Program-made: the position numbers and the translations under genes | NCBI GenBank assembly: GCA_040376625.1 | Contig: JBEIQG010000001.1 | Location: forward strand, 3,079-67,078 | Length of the DNA: 64,000 nucleotides | Source of the DNA: Nitrospira sp. | GTDB taxonomy: Bacteria > Nitrospirota > Nitrospiria > Nitrospirales > Nitrospiraceae | Reading direction: 5' to 3' | Notes under the pieces: generated by a model | Told to the model about the DNA's origin: nothing | The model's database searches: none | Seen by the model: the letters and a program-made list of their open reading frames with translations, nothing else | Part shown: in pieces, positions 26,830-36,727 of the stretch | Position numbering within the stretch: position 1 is the stretch's first letter | Layout of the letters: each line of letters opens with the position of its first letter

Positions 26830-29424
26830 ATGCGCGTGTACGAATTAGCAAAGCAGTTGGGGATGGAAAACCGGGAGCTGATTCCTGAGTTGAAACGGCT
26901 CGGGATTCCGGTGGTGTCCCACAGCAGTGCCTTGGATGACGATTCGGTTCGCATTGTCTTGGAGAAGCTGGGTTCGAAGGCTCGGGGCGGTGAGGTTGTT
27001 TCCGGGCATGAGGCGAAGAAGGTGGTCCGTTGGTCTAAAGAGTCGGGTGTGTCTCACGAGCGGGGGCACGCGGCAGCGCACGAAGAGCCTCCGAAGCCGG
27101 ACAAGAAACGGATTCTCATCAAGAAGAAGAGGGAGGAAGGTGCGGAGGATGTTGCGGCTTCTTTGGCGGTGGCAGAAGCGGCGTTCGCACCCGTCATCCC
27201 TGCAGGATACGAAGCATCAGTGGTGGCGCCGGCAGCTGGTCCTGATGTAGCAGCGACTGAAGCCGTCCCTGTAGAGGCTGCACCACCCGAAGAATTAGTG
27301 GCCCCATCGCCTGTTGTGACCGCTTCGGAGGAGTCGCTCGTCAAGCCGGTGCAGGTTCCCCCGGTCACGGCTTCTCCGCTTGATGCGCAGACGACCGCGA
27401 AGAAGAAGAGTGCGGCCACGGAGGCCATGGAGAGCGAAGCGGCGGCGCGGGAGAAATTGAAAAAGGCTAAGAAGGCTCCGCGGACTCGGGAAGAAGATGA
27501 AGCCAAGTTTAAGAACGACGCCACTCGATGGGGGGATCTGCGGGCGATCCCGGTGCAGCGGCGCGAAGACCGATCCAAGCATATTCACCATGCCTCGCCA
27601 ACGGAAGTCACCAAGCCGAGAAAGAAAAGCGTGAAACTGAGCGCAGGAGTCAGCGTCAAGGAATTCGCAGAACTCATCGGTCAGCGTCCTGCAGACGTGG
27701 TCAGGAAGCTGATGGAAATGGGGCAGATGGTGACCTTCAACCAATCGATCAATTTGGAAGCGGCCTCTTTGATCGCCGAGGAATATGGCACCAGGGTGGA
27801 GGTGTCGACGGAAAAGGTCGGCGAAGCGTTACTGGAAGAGGCTGCGCAATCCTCGGGTGAGGAACATGCTGTCTTGCGGCCTCCGGTCGTCACGATTATG
27901 GGGCATGTCGATCACGGGAAAACGTCTTTGCTCGATGCGATTCGCCTGACAAAGGTGGCGGAAGGCGAGGCCGGAGGAATTACCCAGCATATCGGTGCCT
28001 ATATTGTCGGTGTTCGTGGCAAGCAGGTGACTTTCCTTGATACCCCTGGTCATGAGGCCTTTACGGCCATGCGTGCCAGGGGCGCGAAGGCGACAGACAT
28101 TGTAATTCTGGTTGTGGCTGCCGACGACGGCGTCATGCCACAGACGGTGGAAGCCATTCATCATGCCAAGGCTGCCGGAGTGCCGTTGATTGTCGCCATC
28201 AATAAGGTCGACAAGCCGGGAGCCAATATCGATCGCGTCAAGAATGCCCTGACCGAGCATGGGTTGGTTCCTGAGCCCTGGGGTGGCGACACGATTATGG
28301 TTGAGGTGTCGGCGAAGCAACGGACCGGCTTGGACCAGTTGTTGGAAATGATTCTGCTGCAGGCGGAAGTCTTGGAGTTGAAGGCGGATCCATCACGTAT
28401 GGCCAAGGGCTTGGTGATCGAGGCGAAGTTGGACCGCGGGCGTGGACCGATCGCGACGGTGTTGGTGCAAAGCGGGACTCTCCATGTCGGGGATGCATTT
28501 GTCGTCGGCAATTTCAGCGGCCGCGTGCGCGCCCTCATTACTGACAGGGGGAGCAAGACGACAGAAGCTGGCCCGTCTGTTCCAGTCGAGGTGATCGGCT
28601 TGCCGGGCGTGCCGTCGGCCGGCGATTTGTTCACCATCGTAAAGGATGAACGGGTTGCCCGCGAGATCGCGCAAGAGCGGGCGATGAAGCAGCGGGCGGC
28701 TGATCTGGCCGGTCCGGCGAAGGTGAGTCTGGACGATCTGTTTGCCAAGATTCAGGAAGGCAATGTCAAAGAATTGCCCATTGTCATCAAGGCCGATGTG
28801 CAAGGGTCGGCCGAAGCCTTGGCTTCCGCGGTGGAAAAAATGCCGGCCGGTGCGGTCAAGCTGCGAGTAATGCACACCGGTGTGGGCGGTATTACCGAAA
28901 CCGACATTCTCTTGGCGGCCGCGTCTAAGGCCATCGTGATTGGATTTAATATCCGTCCGGAGCCGAAAGCGGCCGCGTTGGCCGAACGTGAAGGTGTCGA
29001 TGTGCGCCTGTACAGCATCATTTACGATGCACTCAACGATATCCGCGCGGCGATGGAAGGTCTGCTTGAGCCCACGCTCAAAGAGCGTGTCCTTGGACGG
29101 GCTGAGGTGCGTCAGATGTTTACGATCCCCAAGGCCGGTCTGGTGGCTGGTTGTTATGTGGTGGATGGCGTCATCTCTCGTGCCAGCGTCGGCGTGCGCG
29201 TGATTCGGGATAGTGTTGTGGTCTATGAGGGTAAGTTGGGTTCGCTCCGTCGCTTCAAGGATGATGTGCGTGAAGTGCAGCAGGGGTATGAGTGCGGTAT
29301 CACGGTCGAAAACTTCAATGATCTCAAGGCCGGGGACATTATCGAAGCCTACGTCGTCGATAAGATAGCGGCAAAGCTTGAGCCTGCGAACCGTGGCACG
29401 TCTCCGCAAAGTCATCGGGCATGA
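26830..29424 (+). CDS. infB: Translation initiation factor IF-2
   Basis: [38 protein letters not shown]. Confidence 0.99.
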   Translation: MRVYELAKQLGMENRELIPELKRLGIPVVSHSSALDDDSVRIVLEKLGSKARGGEVVSGHEAKKVVRWSKESGVSHERGHAAAHEEPPKPDKKRILIKKKREEGAEDVAASLAVAEAAFAPVIPAGYEASVVAPAAGPDVAATEAVPVEAAPPEELVAPSPVVTASEESLVKPVQVPPVTASPLDAQTTAKKKSAATEAMESEAAAREKLKKAKKAPRTREEDEAKFKNDATRWGDLRAIPVQRREDRSKHIHHASPTEVTKPRKKSVKLSAGVSVKEFAELIGQRPADVVRKLMEMGQMVTFNQSINLEAASLIAEEYGTRVEVSTEKVGEALLEEAAQSSGEEHAVLRPPVVTIMGHVDHGKTSLLDAIRLTKVAEGEAGGITQHIGAYIVGVRGKQVTFLDTPGHEAFTAMRARGAKATDIVILVVAADDGVMPQTVEAIHHAKAAGVPLIVAINKVDKPGANIDRVKNALTEHGLVPEPWGGDTIMVEVSAKQRTGLDQLLEMILLQAEVLELKADPSRMAKGLVIEAKLDRGRGPIATVLVQSGTLHVGDAFVVGNFSGRVRALITDRGSKTTEAGPSVPVEVIGLPGVPSAGDLFTIVKDERVAREIAQERAMKQRAADLAGPAKVSLDDLFAKIQEGNVKELPIVIKADVQGSAEALASAVEKMPAGAVKLRVMHTGVGGITETDILLAAASKAIVIGFNIRPEPKAAALAEREGVDVRLYSIIYDALNDIRAAMEGLLEPTLKERVLGRAEVRQMFTIPKAGLVAGCYVVDGVISRASVGVRVIRDSVVVYEGKLGSLRRFKDDVREVQQGYECGITVENFNDLKAGDIIEAYVVDKIAAKLEPANRGTSPQSHRA

Positions 29425-29702
29425 CCGTCGGGCTCTGCACGGTTGAATTGTTCATTCCTGACGGGCATTCGTTGAAAGACAAGCGTCAGGTCCTGCAAAG
29501 TCTGAAGGCCCGGTTGCGAGACAAGTTTAATCTATCGGTCGCGGAAGTCGGAGACCAGGATTTGTGGCAGAAGGCAATTTTGGGTTTGGCTTGCGTGGCA
29601 AATGAGTCCGCGCATGTGAATCAGGTGTTGGATCAAGCCGTGAATTTGATTCAGTCTGTGCCCGCGATTCAACTGCTGCGCTCGCGAATCGAGTTGCTGT
29701 AA
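29421..29702 (+). CDS. DUF503 (YlxP) family protein
   Basis: HSLKDKR.V..SL...LR.KFN.SVAEV..QD.WQ. Confidence 0.92.
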   Translation: MTVGLCTVELFIPDGHSLKDKRQVLQSLKARLRDKFNLSVAEVGDQDLWQKAILGLACVANESAHVNQVLDQAVNLIQSVPAIQLLRSRIELL

Positions 29703-29711
29703 GGCGGCGTC

Positions 29712-30110
29712 ATGACCAAATCGACGTACAGCCGGGCCGATCGTGTGGCAGACCAGATCCGCATGGAAGTGGCTGACATCCTGATGCGGAAGATTAAGGA
29801 TCCGCGTGTGCGATCAGTCACCGTTACCGATGTGGAGCTGACCAAAGATCTTCGCATCGCGCGCATCTTCGTGACGACCATGGAGCAGAATAAGGATGAG
29901 CGGTTGGTGTTCGACGGGCTGGCGAAGGCCAGCGGTTTCGTTCGGGCGGAGTTGGGGCGGCGTCTGGCATTACGATACCTGCCGGAGCTGATCTTTATGA
30001 AAGACATCAGTGGCCCTAGAGCTGACCGAGTCCTGGAGCTGTTGGATGGACTGCATCGCGATCAATCCCGCGAAGATATGTTGGCGGAGGCCCCACGCAC
30101 TGATGTCTAG
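29712..30110 (+). CDS. rbfA: Ribosome-binding factor A
   Basis: KDPRV, VT.VELT.DL..A, LRY.PEL.F. Confidence 0.96.
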   Translation: MTKSTYSRADRVADQIRMEVADILMRKIKDPRVRSVTVTDVELTKDLRIARIFVTTMEQNKDERLVFDGLAKASGFVRAELGRRLALRYLPELIFMKDISGPRADRVLELLDGLHRDQSREDMLAEAPRTDV

Positions 30111-30113
30111 CAA

Positions 30114-31145
30114 ATGACCATGATTGCCTCGATGGAGCCACGCGCGACTACTGTGCTTCAGGACGGAGTGTTGAATGTCCGCAAGGAAGCCGGGTGGACG
30201 TCGCATGATGTGGTGGCTCGCATTCGTCGGAAATTGCGCGGGATGAAGTTGGGCCATGCCGGAACGTTGGATCCGGCGGCCACCGGTGTCCTGCCGTTGC
30301 TCGTCGGGCGTGGCACTCGCATCGCTGAATATTTGCTGGAATGGGACAAAACCTATCTCGCCGTATTGCGACTCGGTGAAGCCACCGACACGCAAGACGC
30401 CACTGGGACAGTGCTCCTGCGTTCACCGATTGAATCGTTGACCGAAGACCGTATCCGTGAAGTGGTCGCAGGGTTTGAAGGACGCATTCAGCAGCTTCCC
30501 CCCATGTACTCTGCGATCAAAGTCGGAGGCGTTCCCTTATACAAAGCGGCGCGAGCCGGACGGGAAGTGCCCCGACAGGCTCGTGAAGTGACCGTGTTTC
30601 GTCTTGATATCGTGGATATCCAGATTCCCGATGTGACCCTTCGGGTGGCCTGCTCCAAGGGCACGTATATCAGAACGCTCTGCGCGGATATCGGGGACAA
30701 GTTAGGGGTCGGGGGGCATATGGCGAGGTTGGTCCGCGAACGTGTGGGACCATTAATCGTGGATCAAGCGCTCACTGTGGAAGAGGTTGAGTCACGGTTG
30801 GAGCAAGGGACGCTCGCGGCGTCGATGTTGACGTTAGATGAGGCGCTGGTCGGACTCCCCGTGTGTACTGTGGGGACGGGTACGGCCAGACGGGTGCTTC
30901 ATGGTATGCCGGTTTCCGGTTCAGACGTTCTTGCCTGGCGGGGTTTGCCGTCGGTTTTCCCCGATGGAGCCAATCGGGCTATCCGCATCAAAGACGACGC
31001 GGGACGGTTACTGGCCATCGGTACCCTGCCGGTCGGCATGGATACCACGGTCCCGGGTGTGAGTGAGCAGCCTATTGCTGTATCGAAGGTATTGGTCACT
31101 GAAGAATCACGGAGTGGAAGCATCGCGAAATCAATAGAGGAGTAG
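30114..31145 (+). CDS. truB: tRNA pseudouridine(55) synthase
   Basis: GHAGTLDP.ATGVL, Q.PPMYSA.K, CSKGTYIRTL. Confidence 0.97.
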   Translation: MTMIASMEPRATTVLQDGVLNVRKEAGWTSHDVVARIRRKLRGMKLGHAGTLDPAATGVLPLLVGRGTRIAEYLLEWDKTYLAVLRLGEATDTQDATGTVLLRSPIESLTEDRIREVVAGFEGRIQQLPPMYSAIKVGGVPLYKAARAGREVPRQAREVTVFRLDIVDIQIPDVTLRVACSKGTYIRTLCADIGDKLGVGGHMARLVRERVGPLIVDQALTVEEVESRLEQGTLAASMLTLDEALVGLPVCTVGTGTARRVLHGMPVSGSDVLAWRGLPSVFPDGANRAIRIKDDAGRLLAIGTLPVGMDTTVPGVSEQPIAVSKVLVTEESRSGSIAKSIEE

Positions 31146-31151
31146 AGACGT

Positions 31152-31421
31152 ATGGCACTGGTAAAAGAAGTGAAAACGGAATTAGTGAAGAGTTTCCAGC
31201 AGCATGAGAAGGACACGGGATCCCCGGAAGTGCAAATCGCCATCCTGACGAACCGGATTACGTATTTAACGGAACATTTCAAGACGCACAAGAAAGACCA
31301 CCATTCCCGGCGTGGTCTGTTGACGTTGGTCGGACGTCGCCGTCGGTTGTTGGACTATCTCCGAAAAGTCGAAGAGGCCCGGTATCGCGCCATTCTGGAG
31401 CGTCTGGGTATTCGTAAGTAG
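31152..31421 (+). CDS. rpsO: 30S ribosomal protein S15
   Basis: [21 protein letters not shown]. Confidence 0.98.
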   Translation: MALVKEVKTELVKSFQQHEKDTGSPEVQIAILTNRITYLTEHFKTHKKDHHSRRGLLTLVGRRRRLLDYLRKVEEARYRAILERLGIRK

Positions 31422-31435
31422 TCGTGTGAGTGGAG

Positions 31436-31476
31436 TCGGCTGCCACCTTCGTAGGTGGTGGCCGAACCATTTTGTT
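31436..31476 (+). terminator. Hairpin after rpsO (possible weak terminator)
   Basis: TCGGCTGCCACCT-TCGT-AGGTGGTGGCCGA, 13 bp including G-U pairs, then ACCATTTTGTT. Confidence 0.5.
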
Positions 31477-31619
31477 GTCCCCGCAGGTGAACACTGAAAC
31501 AAGTTCAATGACACAGGTCCAGATTCAGTCGAGGGTAGGCCCTTGTGGTGGGATGTGCAGGTAGCCGTTTGAACTTATCTCTGTGGGCATCTGTGGGATT
31601 TAAACGGAGGAGACCATAG

Positions 31620-33737
31620 ATGAAACATATTGTAGACATCGATCTGGCAGGGCGCCGGTTGACGCTGGAGACCGGACGCATTGCCAAGCAGGCGGACGGG
31701 GCCATCTGGGCCACCTACGGTGACACCGTGGTACTTGCGACGGCGGTTGCGTCGCAAACTGCGAAGCCAGGAGTGGATTTTCTTCCGCTGACCGTGGATT
31801 ACCAGGAAAAGACTTACGCAGCCGGTAAGATTCCGGGTGGATATTTTAAGCGGGAGGGTCGGCCTTCCGAGCGCGAAGTGCTCACCAGCCGTCTGATTGA
31901 TCGACCACTTCGCCCGCTCTTTCCTGAAGGGTATTACTTTGAGACGCAAGTCATCGCTTCGGTCCTGTCTGCGGACAAGACCGGCGTATCCGATGTCATC
32001 GCCATTACCGCGGCGTCCGCGGCGTTGGCGGTCTCGTCGATTCCCTTCAACGGGCCGATTGCCGGTGTGAAAATCGGTCGTGTGAACGGACAGTTCGTGG
32101 TGAACCCCGATTTGGAAGCTTTGGAAGCGAGCGACCTCCATCTCGTCGTGGCGGGAACTGCCGATGCGGTGATGATGGTGGAAGCCGGCGCTAATGAATT
32201 GTCGGAAGCGACCATGCTCGAAGCTATCGAATTGGCGCACAGCGAAATCAAGAAAATCGTCGCGAAGATCGAGGAATTACGCAAGCTGGTGGGCAAGGCA
32301 AAGCGGGTGGTGGCGCAGGAGCCGATCGATGCCGCGTTGACCGAGCAGGTGCGGGCCATGGTGGCCGGGCCGATTCGAGAAGCTATCCTCATCCCCAATA
32401 AGAGCGCACGGCAGGAACGCCTGGATCAGGTGTTGGGGGAGACGATCGCGAAGCTCAAGTCTGACGAGCCCAACCGGGACCGCCATGTCAAGGTCATTTT
32501 CCATGGTCTGGAGTACACCGAAGTCCGAAACATGATTCTCGAAAAGCGAGTGCGGGCCGACGGGCGCGGTCCTTCGGACATTCGCCCGATTACCTGCGAA
32601 GTCGGTGTCCTGCCACGTGCGCACGGTTCCGCAGTCTTCACACGCGGAGAAACTCAGAGTTTGGCGGTGGTCACGCTGGGCACAACCGACGATGAGCAGC
32701 GTATCGATGCCTTGGAGGGCGAGTACATGCGCGCGTTCATGCTGCATTACAATTTCCCGCCTTTCAGTGTCGGTGAGGCGCGGCCGCTCCGGTCGCCGGG
32801 CCGCCGGGAAGTCGGGCATGGAGCCCTTGCTGAGCGCGCGCTCAAGTCGACTATTCCCGGCAAGGACAAGTTCCCCTATACCGTGCGGATTGTCTCGGAA
32901 ATCCTAGAGTCTAATGGATCCTCTTCAATGGCGACGGTGTGCGGCGGTACGCTGGCGCTTTTGGATGCTGGTGTCCCGATTAAGGAACCGGTGGCAGGGA
33001 TCGCGATGGGGTTGATCAAGGAAGGCGACCAGGTGCTGGTCCTGTCCGATATTCTCGGACTGGAGGATCATCTGGGCGATATGGACTTTAAGGTCACGGG
33101 GACGAAAAATGGCGTTACAGCGCTTCAGATGGATATCAAGATCGGCGGTATCACCTCCGAATTGATGCGCGAAGCACTCGCTCAGGCAAAGGCGGGTCGG
33201 TTGCATATTCTCGGGTGCATGGCACAGGCCTTGACCGAACCGCGCGCCAAGCTATCAGCCTTCGCTCCGCGCATATTCCCGATGAAAATCAAGCAAGACA
33301 AGATCCGCGACGTCATCGGCCCGGGTGGAAAGATGATCCGCAGCATCATCGCGGAGACCGGTGTGAAAATCAACGTCGAAGACACCGGCGATGTGACGAT
33401 TGCTTCTTCCGATGAGGCATCCGCACAAAAGGCCATCGATATGATCAAGCGCCTGACCGAGGAAGTCGAGGTTGGCAAGATCTATCTCGGAACAGTCAGG
33501 AAGATCATGGACTTCGGCGCATTTGTCGAAGTGCTTCCCGGCACGGACGGCCTGGTTCACATCTCTCAGTTGGCTCATCATCGCGTCAAGGCGGTCACCG
33601 ATGAGGTTTCGGAAGGCGATCAGGTGATGGTGAAGGTGCTGGAAATCGATAAGCAGGGCAAGATTCGCTTAAGCCGGAAGGAAGCCATGCCGGCACCGGC
33701 TGGTTCTCCTGCCACCGAACCAACGCCCGCGGGATAA
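31620..33737 (+). CDS. pnp: Polyribonucleotide nucleotidyltransferase (PNPase)
   Basis: DFLPLTVDY, RLIDRP.RP, SNGSSSMA, ED..GDMDFKV; KH and S1 domains. Confidence 0.99.
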   Translation: MKHIVDIDLAGRRLTLETGRIAKQADGAIWATYGDTVVLATAVASQTAKPGVDFLPLTVDYQEKTYAAGKIPGGYFKREGRPSEREVLTSRLIDRPLRPLFPEGYYFETQVIASVLSADKTGVSDVIAITAASAALAVSSIPFNGPIAGVKIGRVNGQFVVNPDLEALEASDLHLVVAGTADAVMMVEAGANELSEATMLEAIELAHSEIKKIVAKIEELRKLVGKAKRVVAQEPIDAALTEQVRAMVAGPIREAILIPNKSARQERLDQVLGETIAKLKSDEPNRDRHVKVIFHGLEYTEVRNMILEKRVRADGRGPSDIRPITCEVGVLPRAHGSAVFTRGETQSLAVVTLGTTDDEQRIDALEGEYMRAFMLHYNFPPFSVGEARPLRSPGRREVGHGALAERALKSTIPGKDKFPYTVRIVSEILESNGSSSMATVCGGTLALLDAGVPIKEPVAGIAMGLIKEGDQVLVLSDILGLEDHLGDMDFKVTGTKNGVTALQMDIKIGGITSELMREALAQAKAGRLHILGCMAQALTEPRAKLSAFAPRIFPMKIKQDKIRDVIGPGGKMIRSIIAETGVKINVEDTGDVTIASSDEASAQKAIDMIKRLTEEVEVGKIYLGTVRKIMDFGAFVEVLPGTDGLVHISQLAHHRVKAVTDEVSEGDQVMVKVLEIDKQGKIRLSRKEAMPAPAGSPATEPTPAG

Positions 33738-33743
33738 TCGATC

Positions 33744-35006
33744 GTGTATCGCAAGATCGTTCTCGACAACCGGTTGCGCATTGTGGCCGAACTCCTTCCG
33801 ACGTTGAAGTCCGTCACGATCGGCATATGGGTCAACGTCGGATCGCGCGACGAGCAGCCGGGGGAAGAGGGGTTGTCTCACTTCCTGGAGCATATGTTCT
33901 TCAAGGGAACGCGCAGCCGCACGGCGACGCAGATTTCCCGCGAGATCGATGCGCTGGGGGGTGAGATGAATGCGTTCACCACCCGGGAAACGACGACCTT
34001 TTATGTGAAGGTGCTGGATCAACAGTTGGAGGCAGCGTTGGAGCTGCTCTCGGATCTGTTCTACCGGTCCCGGTTTGAGTCGAAAGAAGTCGAAAAAGAA
34101 AAGCAGGTGGTGCTCGAGGAGATCCGGATGGTCCAAGACGATCCGGAGGACCTGGTCCAAGAGCTTCACATGAAGCATACGCTCGGAAGCCATCCGTTGG
34201 GCAGGCCGATCCTAGGACAGGCGCCGAGAATTCAGGCCCTTGGACGCAGCGATTTGGTATCCTACGTTGGCTCGCACTACGATCCGGAGCGCACCGTCGT
34301 TGCTGTGGCCGGCAATTTTACCTGGCGCCGCTTGGAGCAACTGTTGGCGCGTTATTTTTCCGACTCGCACAAGGGTGTGGCGGTGCGGCCAAGCCGTCGC
34401 CCACCAGAGGTGAAGGGTGGGGTGCTGGTCAAACGGAAGGCTTTGGAGCAGGTTCATCTTTGTTTGGGCCTTCAGGGGCTGAGTGCAGGACATAAGGATC
34501 GATATGCGGCGCATGCGCTCAACGGGGTCCTAGGCGGGAGTGTGAGTTCGCGCCTCTTTCAAGAGGTGCGGGAAAAGCGTGGCCTCGTGTACTCGATCTA
34601 TTCGTTCTTGTCCACCTACTCTGATGGCGGCATGACCACGGTCTATGCGGGTACGCGCCCGAAAGAGGTTGAGCGTGTCGTGGAAGTTGTCTGTCGGGAA
34701 CTCAAGAAGCTCCGCACGCACGGAATCGATACCAAGGATTTGGCCCGGGTTAAAAACCAAATGAAGGGCAGTCTGATGCTCAGCCTGGAGAGTTCACATA
34801 GCCGCATGAGCAAGTTGGCGAAGGACGAACTGACGCAAGGTAGCCATGTGTCGCTTGAGCAAATGATTGCTGAGATCGATCGCGTGACGACCGATCAAGT
34901 TTATCGGGTAGCGCAAACTTTATTGGATCAGCGCTGTCTTTCAATTACAGCGCTTGGCCCAATTCCGACCAGGAGTCTGCAGTCGTTTGCGTCAACCGGT
35001 CAATAG
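33744..35006 (+). CDS. M16 (pitrilysin) family zinc peptidase
   Basis: HFLEHMFFKGT (HxxEH), NAFT, SSRLFQEVREKRGL.YS. Confidence 0.95.
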   Translation: MYRKIVLDNRLRIVAELLPTLKSVTIGIWVNVGSRDEQPGEEGLSHFLEHMFFKGTRSRTATQISREIDALGGEMNAFTTRETTTFYVKVLDQQLEAALELLSDLFYRSRFESKEVEKEKQVVLEEIRMVQDDPEDLVQELHMKHTLGSHPLGRPILGQAPRIQALGRSDLVSYVGSHYDPERTVVAVAGNFTWRRLEQLLARYFSDSHKGVAVRPSRRPPEVKGGVLVKRKALEQVHLCLGLQGLSAGHKDRYAAHALNGVLGGSVSSRLFQEVREKRGLVYSIYSFLSTYSDGGMTTVYAGTRPKEVERVVEVVCRELKKLRTHGIDTKDLARVKNQMKGSLMLSLESSHSRMSKLAKDELTQGSHVSLEQMIAEIDRVTTDQVYRVAQTLLDQRCLSITALGPIPTRSLQSFASTGQ

Positions 35007-35145
35007 TGGAGGCGCCTGTAGGTGGGTGCAGGGGGCTGGTGAGGCCAAGAATAGCGGCGGCTTGAACGAGACCCCATTGCTAACTATATGATATGTGGTT
35101 GAGGTTAAAGTGCGAATGATGGCTGTATTTCAGCAAAACATTCTC

Positions 35146-35174
35146 TTGACACGTTTCGTGGATTTAAGTACCAT
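35146..35174 (+). promoter_or_regulatory. Near-consensus sigma70 promoter
   Basis: TTGACA-17-TACCAT with an AT-rich upstream stretch. Confidence 0.75.
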
Positions 35175-35371
35175 GGCCGCGTTTTCATCATATAAGTCTG
35201 GATTTATTTCGACTGCATTACAGGGGAAGGTAAGCAGAGAGAAAGGGGGTGTGCGTCGCACTTCCTCCTCCTAGCGCGTTCTCTGGATTTTTGTTTTTTT
35301 TCTGAACTCTTTTTTTGGATACTGTGATTCAACGGTTCTCTGGTCATCATTTTTCCAAGGAGGGTAGGGTT

Positions 35372-35884
35372 ATGAATAGGGTCGGAATTCTAGCCGCACT
35401 TGCAGTGTCCTCCGTTGTCGGCTTGCTGACCGCCGGTGTTACGTTCGCGGCGGATGCTCCAGCCGGGGGCGGACCGAGCGAAGTCACCACGGGCAGCGGA
35501 AAGTTCTTTAAGGGTGAGACCACCAATACCTTGAAGGGGCGGGTGTGGTCGCAATGGGCAGACAATCCTGATACCGAATTGCTCTTCGGCATCCAGTACT
35601 GGAACACCGGTGATCCGGCTTCCGGTGAGGGTGGTGGACGATCCTCCACTCAAATGGATGTAAAGCCGCCGGATCCGTTGTTTACATGCTGCGGTTGGGG
35701 CTTCACTGGTGGTACGGACAAAAATAACCCCTATGCTGGCTGGTATCATGCGGCGACCACCGTTCGTTTGTCTGTTAAGGATAAGAATTTGATGGATCAA
35801 ATCATCAAGGCATCGCAAGAACTCGTGGCGATGGAAGTGACCCTTGATGGTCGGACCATTACCGGCTTTAAGGTCTTGAAATAG
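35372..35884 (+). CDS. Hypothetical exported protein A
   Basis: AAGGAGG RBS; signal peptide ending TFA-A; Trp/Gly-rich, vicinal CC. Confidence 0.8.
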   Translation: MNRVGILAALAVSSVVGLLTAGVTFAADAPAGGGPSEVTTGSGKFFKGETTNTLKGRVWSQWADNPDTELLFGIQYWNTGDPASGEGGGRSSTQMDVKPPDPLFTCCGWGFTGGTDKNNPYAGWYHAATTVRLSVKDKNLMDQIIKASQELVAMEVTLDGRTITGFKVLK

Positions 35885-35943
35885 AATTTATACCGAGGCG
35901 ACATTCTTGAGACTTTTTTGTCTTCTTTAAGGAGGATGTGATT

Positions 35944-36618
35944 ATGAAGCTTCAAAAGCAGGGGTGGACCTTCATGGCTGCCGTGGCTTTGGTGGTAGGG
36001 TTTACCTCCACTGCGCTGGCCATTGAGGCGTTTCAGGAGCGGTTTGAGTGGGGAGATTTGAGCAAGCCCACCACACTGCAGGGACGTGTGATTATTCTGG
36101 ACCCTTATGATGAGGCGGTCTGGCTCAACATTGCTGTGTTCGGCGGCAACGCCGAGAGCGGGTTGTTCTGGCAGAGAATTCACCCAGGCAAGAATCTCAA
36201 GTTTTATCCTGCCGACAAGAATGTGTGGGAACAGCTGAAGTCGATGGCGCGTCCGCATTCCGGACCGGCTGCAGCGAAGGAAGTTCCCCCGGGCTCCCCG
36301 ACCACTCTGGTCGAGTTTGTGGCCCAGGAAGTCGAGCAGAATCGTCGTGTGATCTCATCCGTCAAGAAATTGCCAGACAATGCCGGCGAAATGGGCAAGC
36401 CAAAGAGCATTTCGTCCCTTCGGTTGAAAGAATGTGAAGGCAAGACGGAAGTGGATGCTCCTTGCCATGCGGCTAAGACATTGCTGAACACATCACCGAA
36501 GTCTCCTGATGGAGATAAGGTATTGATGCAGTACGATGTGTTGCTGCCCAATGGTAAGCCACTTGCTAACCTGATTCCATGGACTGCCAAGTACAATCAG
36601 GGTGGTGGACAGCACTGA
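35944..36618 (+). CDS. Hypothetical exported protein B
   Basis: TAAGGAGG RBS; signal peptide ending ALA-I; Cys pair near the C-terminus. Confidence 0.8.
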   Translation: MKLQKQGWTFMAAVALVVGFTSTALAIEAFQERFEWGDLSKPTTLQGRVIILDPYDEAVWLNIAVFGGNAESGLFWQRIHPGKNLKFYPADKNVWEQLKSMARPHSGPAAAKEVPPGSPTTLVEFVAQEVEQNRRVISSVKKLPDNAGEMGKPKSISSLRLKECEGKTEVDAPCHAAKTLLNTSPKSPDGDKVLMQYDVLLPNGKPLANLIPWTAKYNQGGGQH

Positions 36619-36647
36619 TTTGTAGAAGGTCATTGGCCTGAAGTAAG

Positions 36648-36684
36648 AAGGCGGCATTCCGAAAGGGGTGCCGCCTTTTTATTT
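36648..36684 (+). terminator. Intrinsic terminator
   Basis: AAGGCGGCATTCC-GAAA-GGGGTGCCGCCTT followed by TTTATTT. Confidence 0.85.
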
Positions 36685-36727
36685 GCGACGTGGTGAGAGA
36701 AAGTCTTCAGGCTTGTGGAGTGGGCAA

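Noticed and set aside
26960-27600. Low-complexity Ala/Pro/Glu/Lys region in infB
   Set aside because: Normal variable N-terminal linker of IF-2
28393-29415. 340-aa minus-strand ORF (and similar ones opposite polA, surE and the HEAT genes)
   Set aside because: Antisense to well-supported genes, with no recognisable domains
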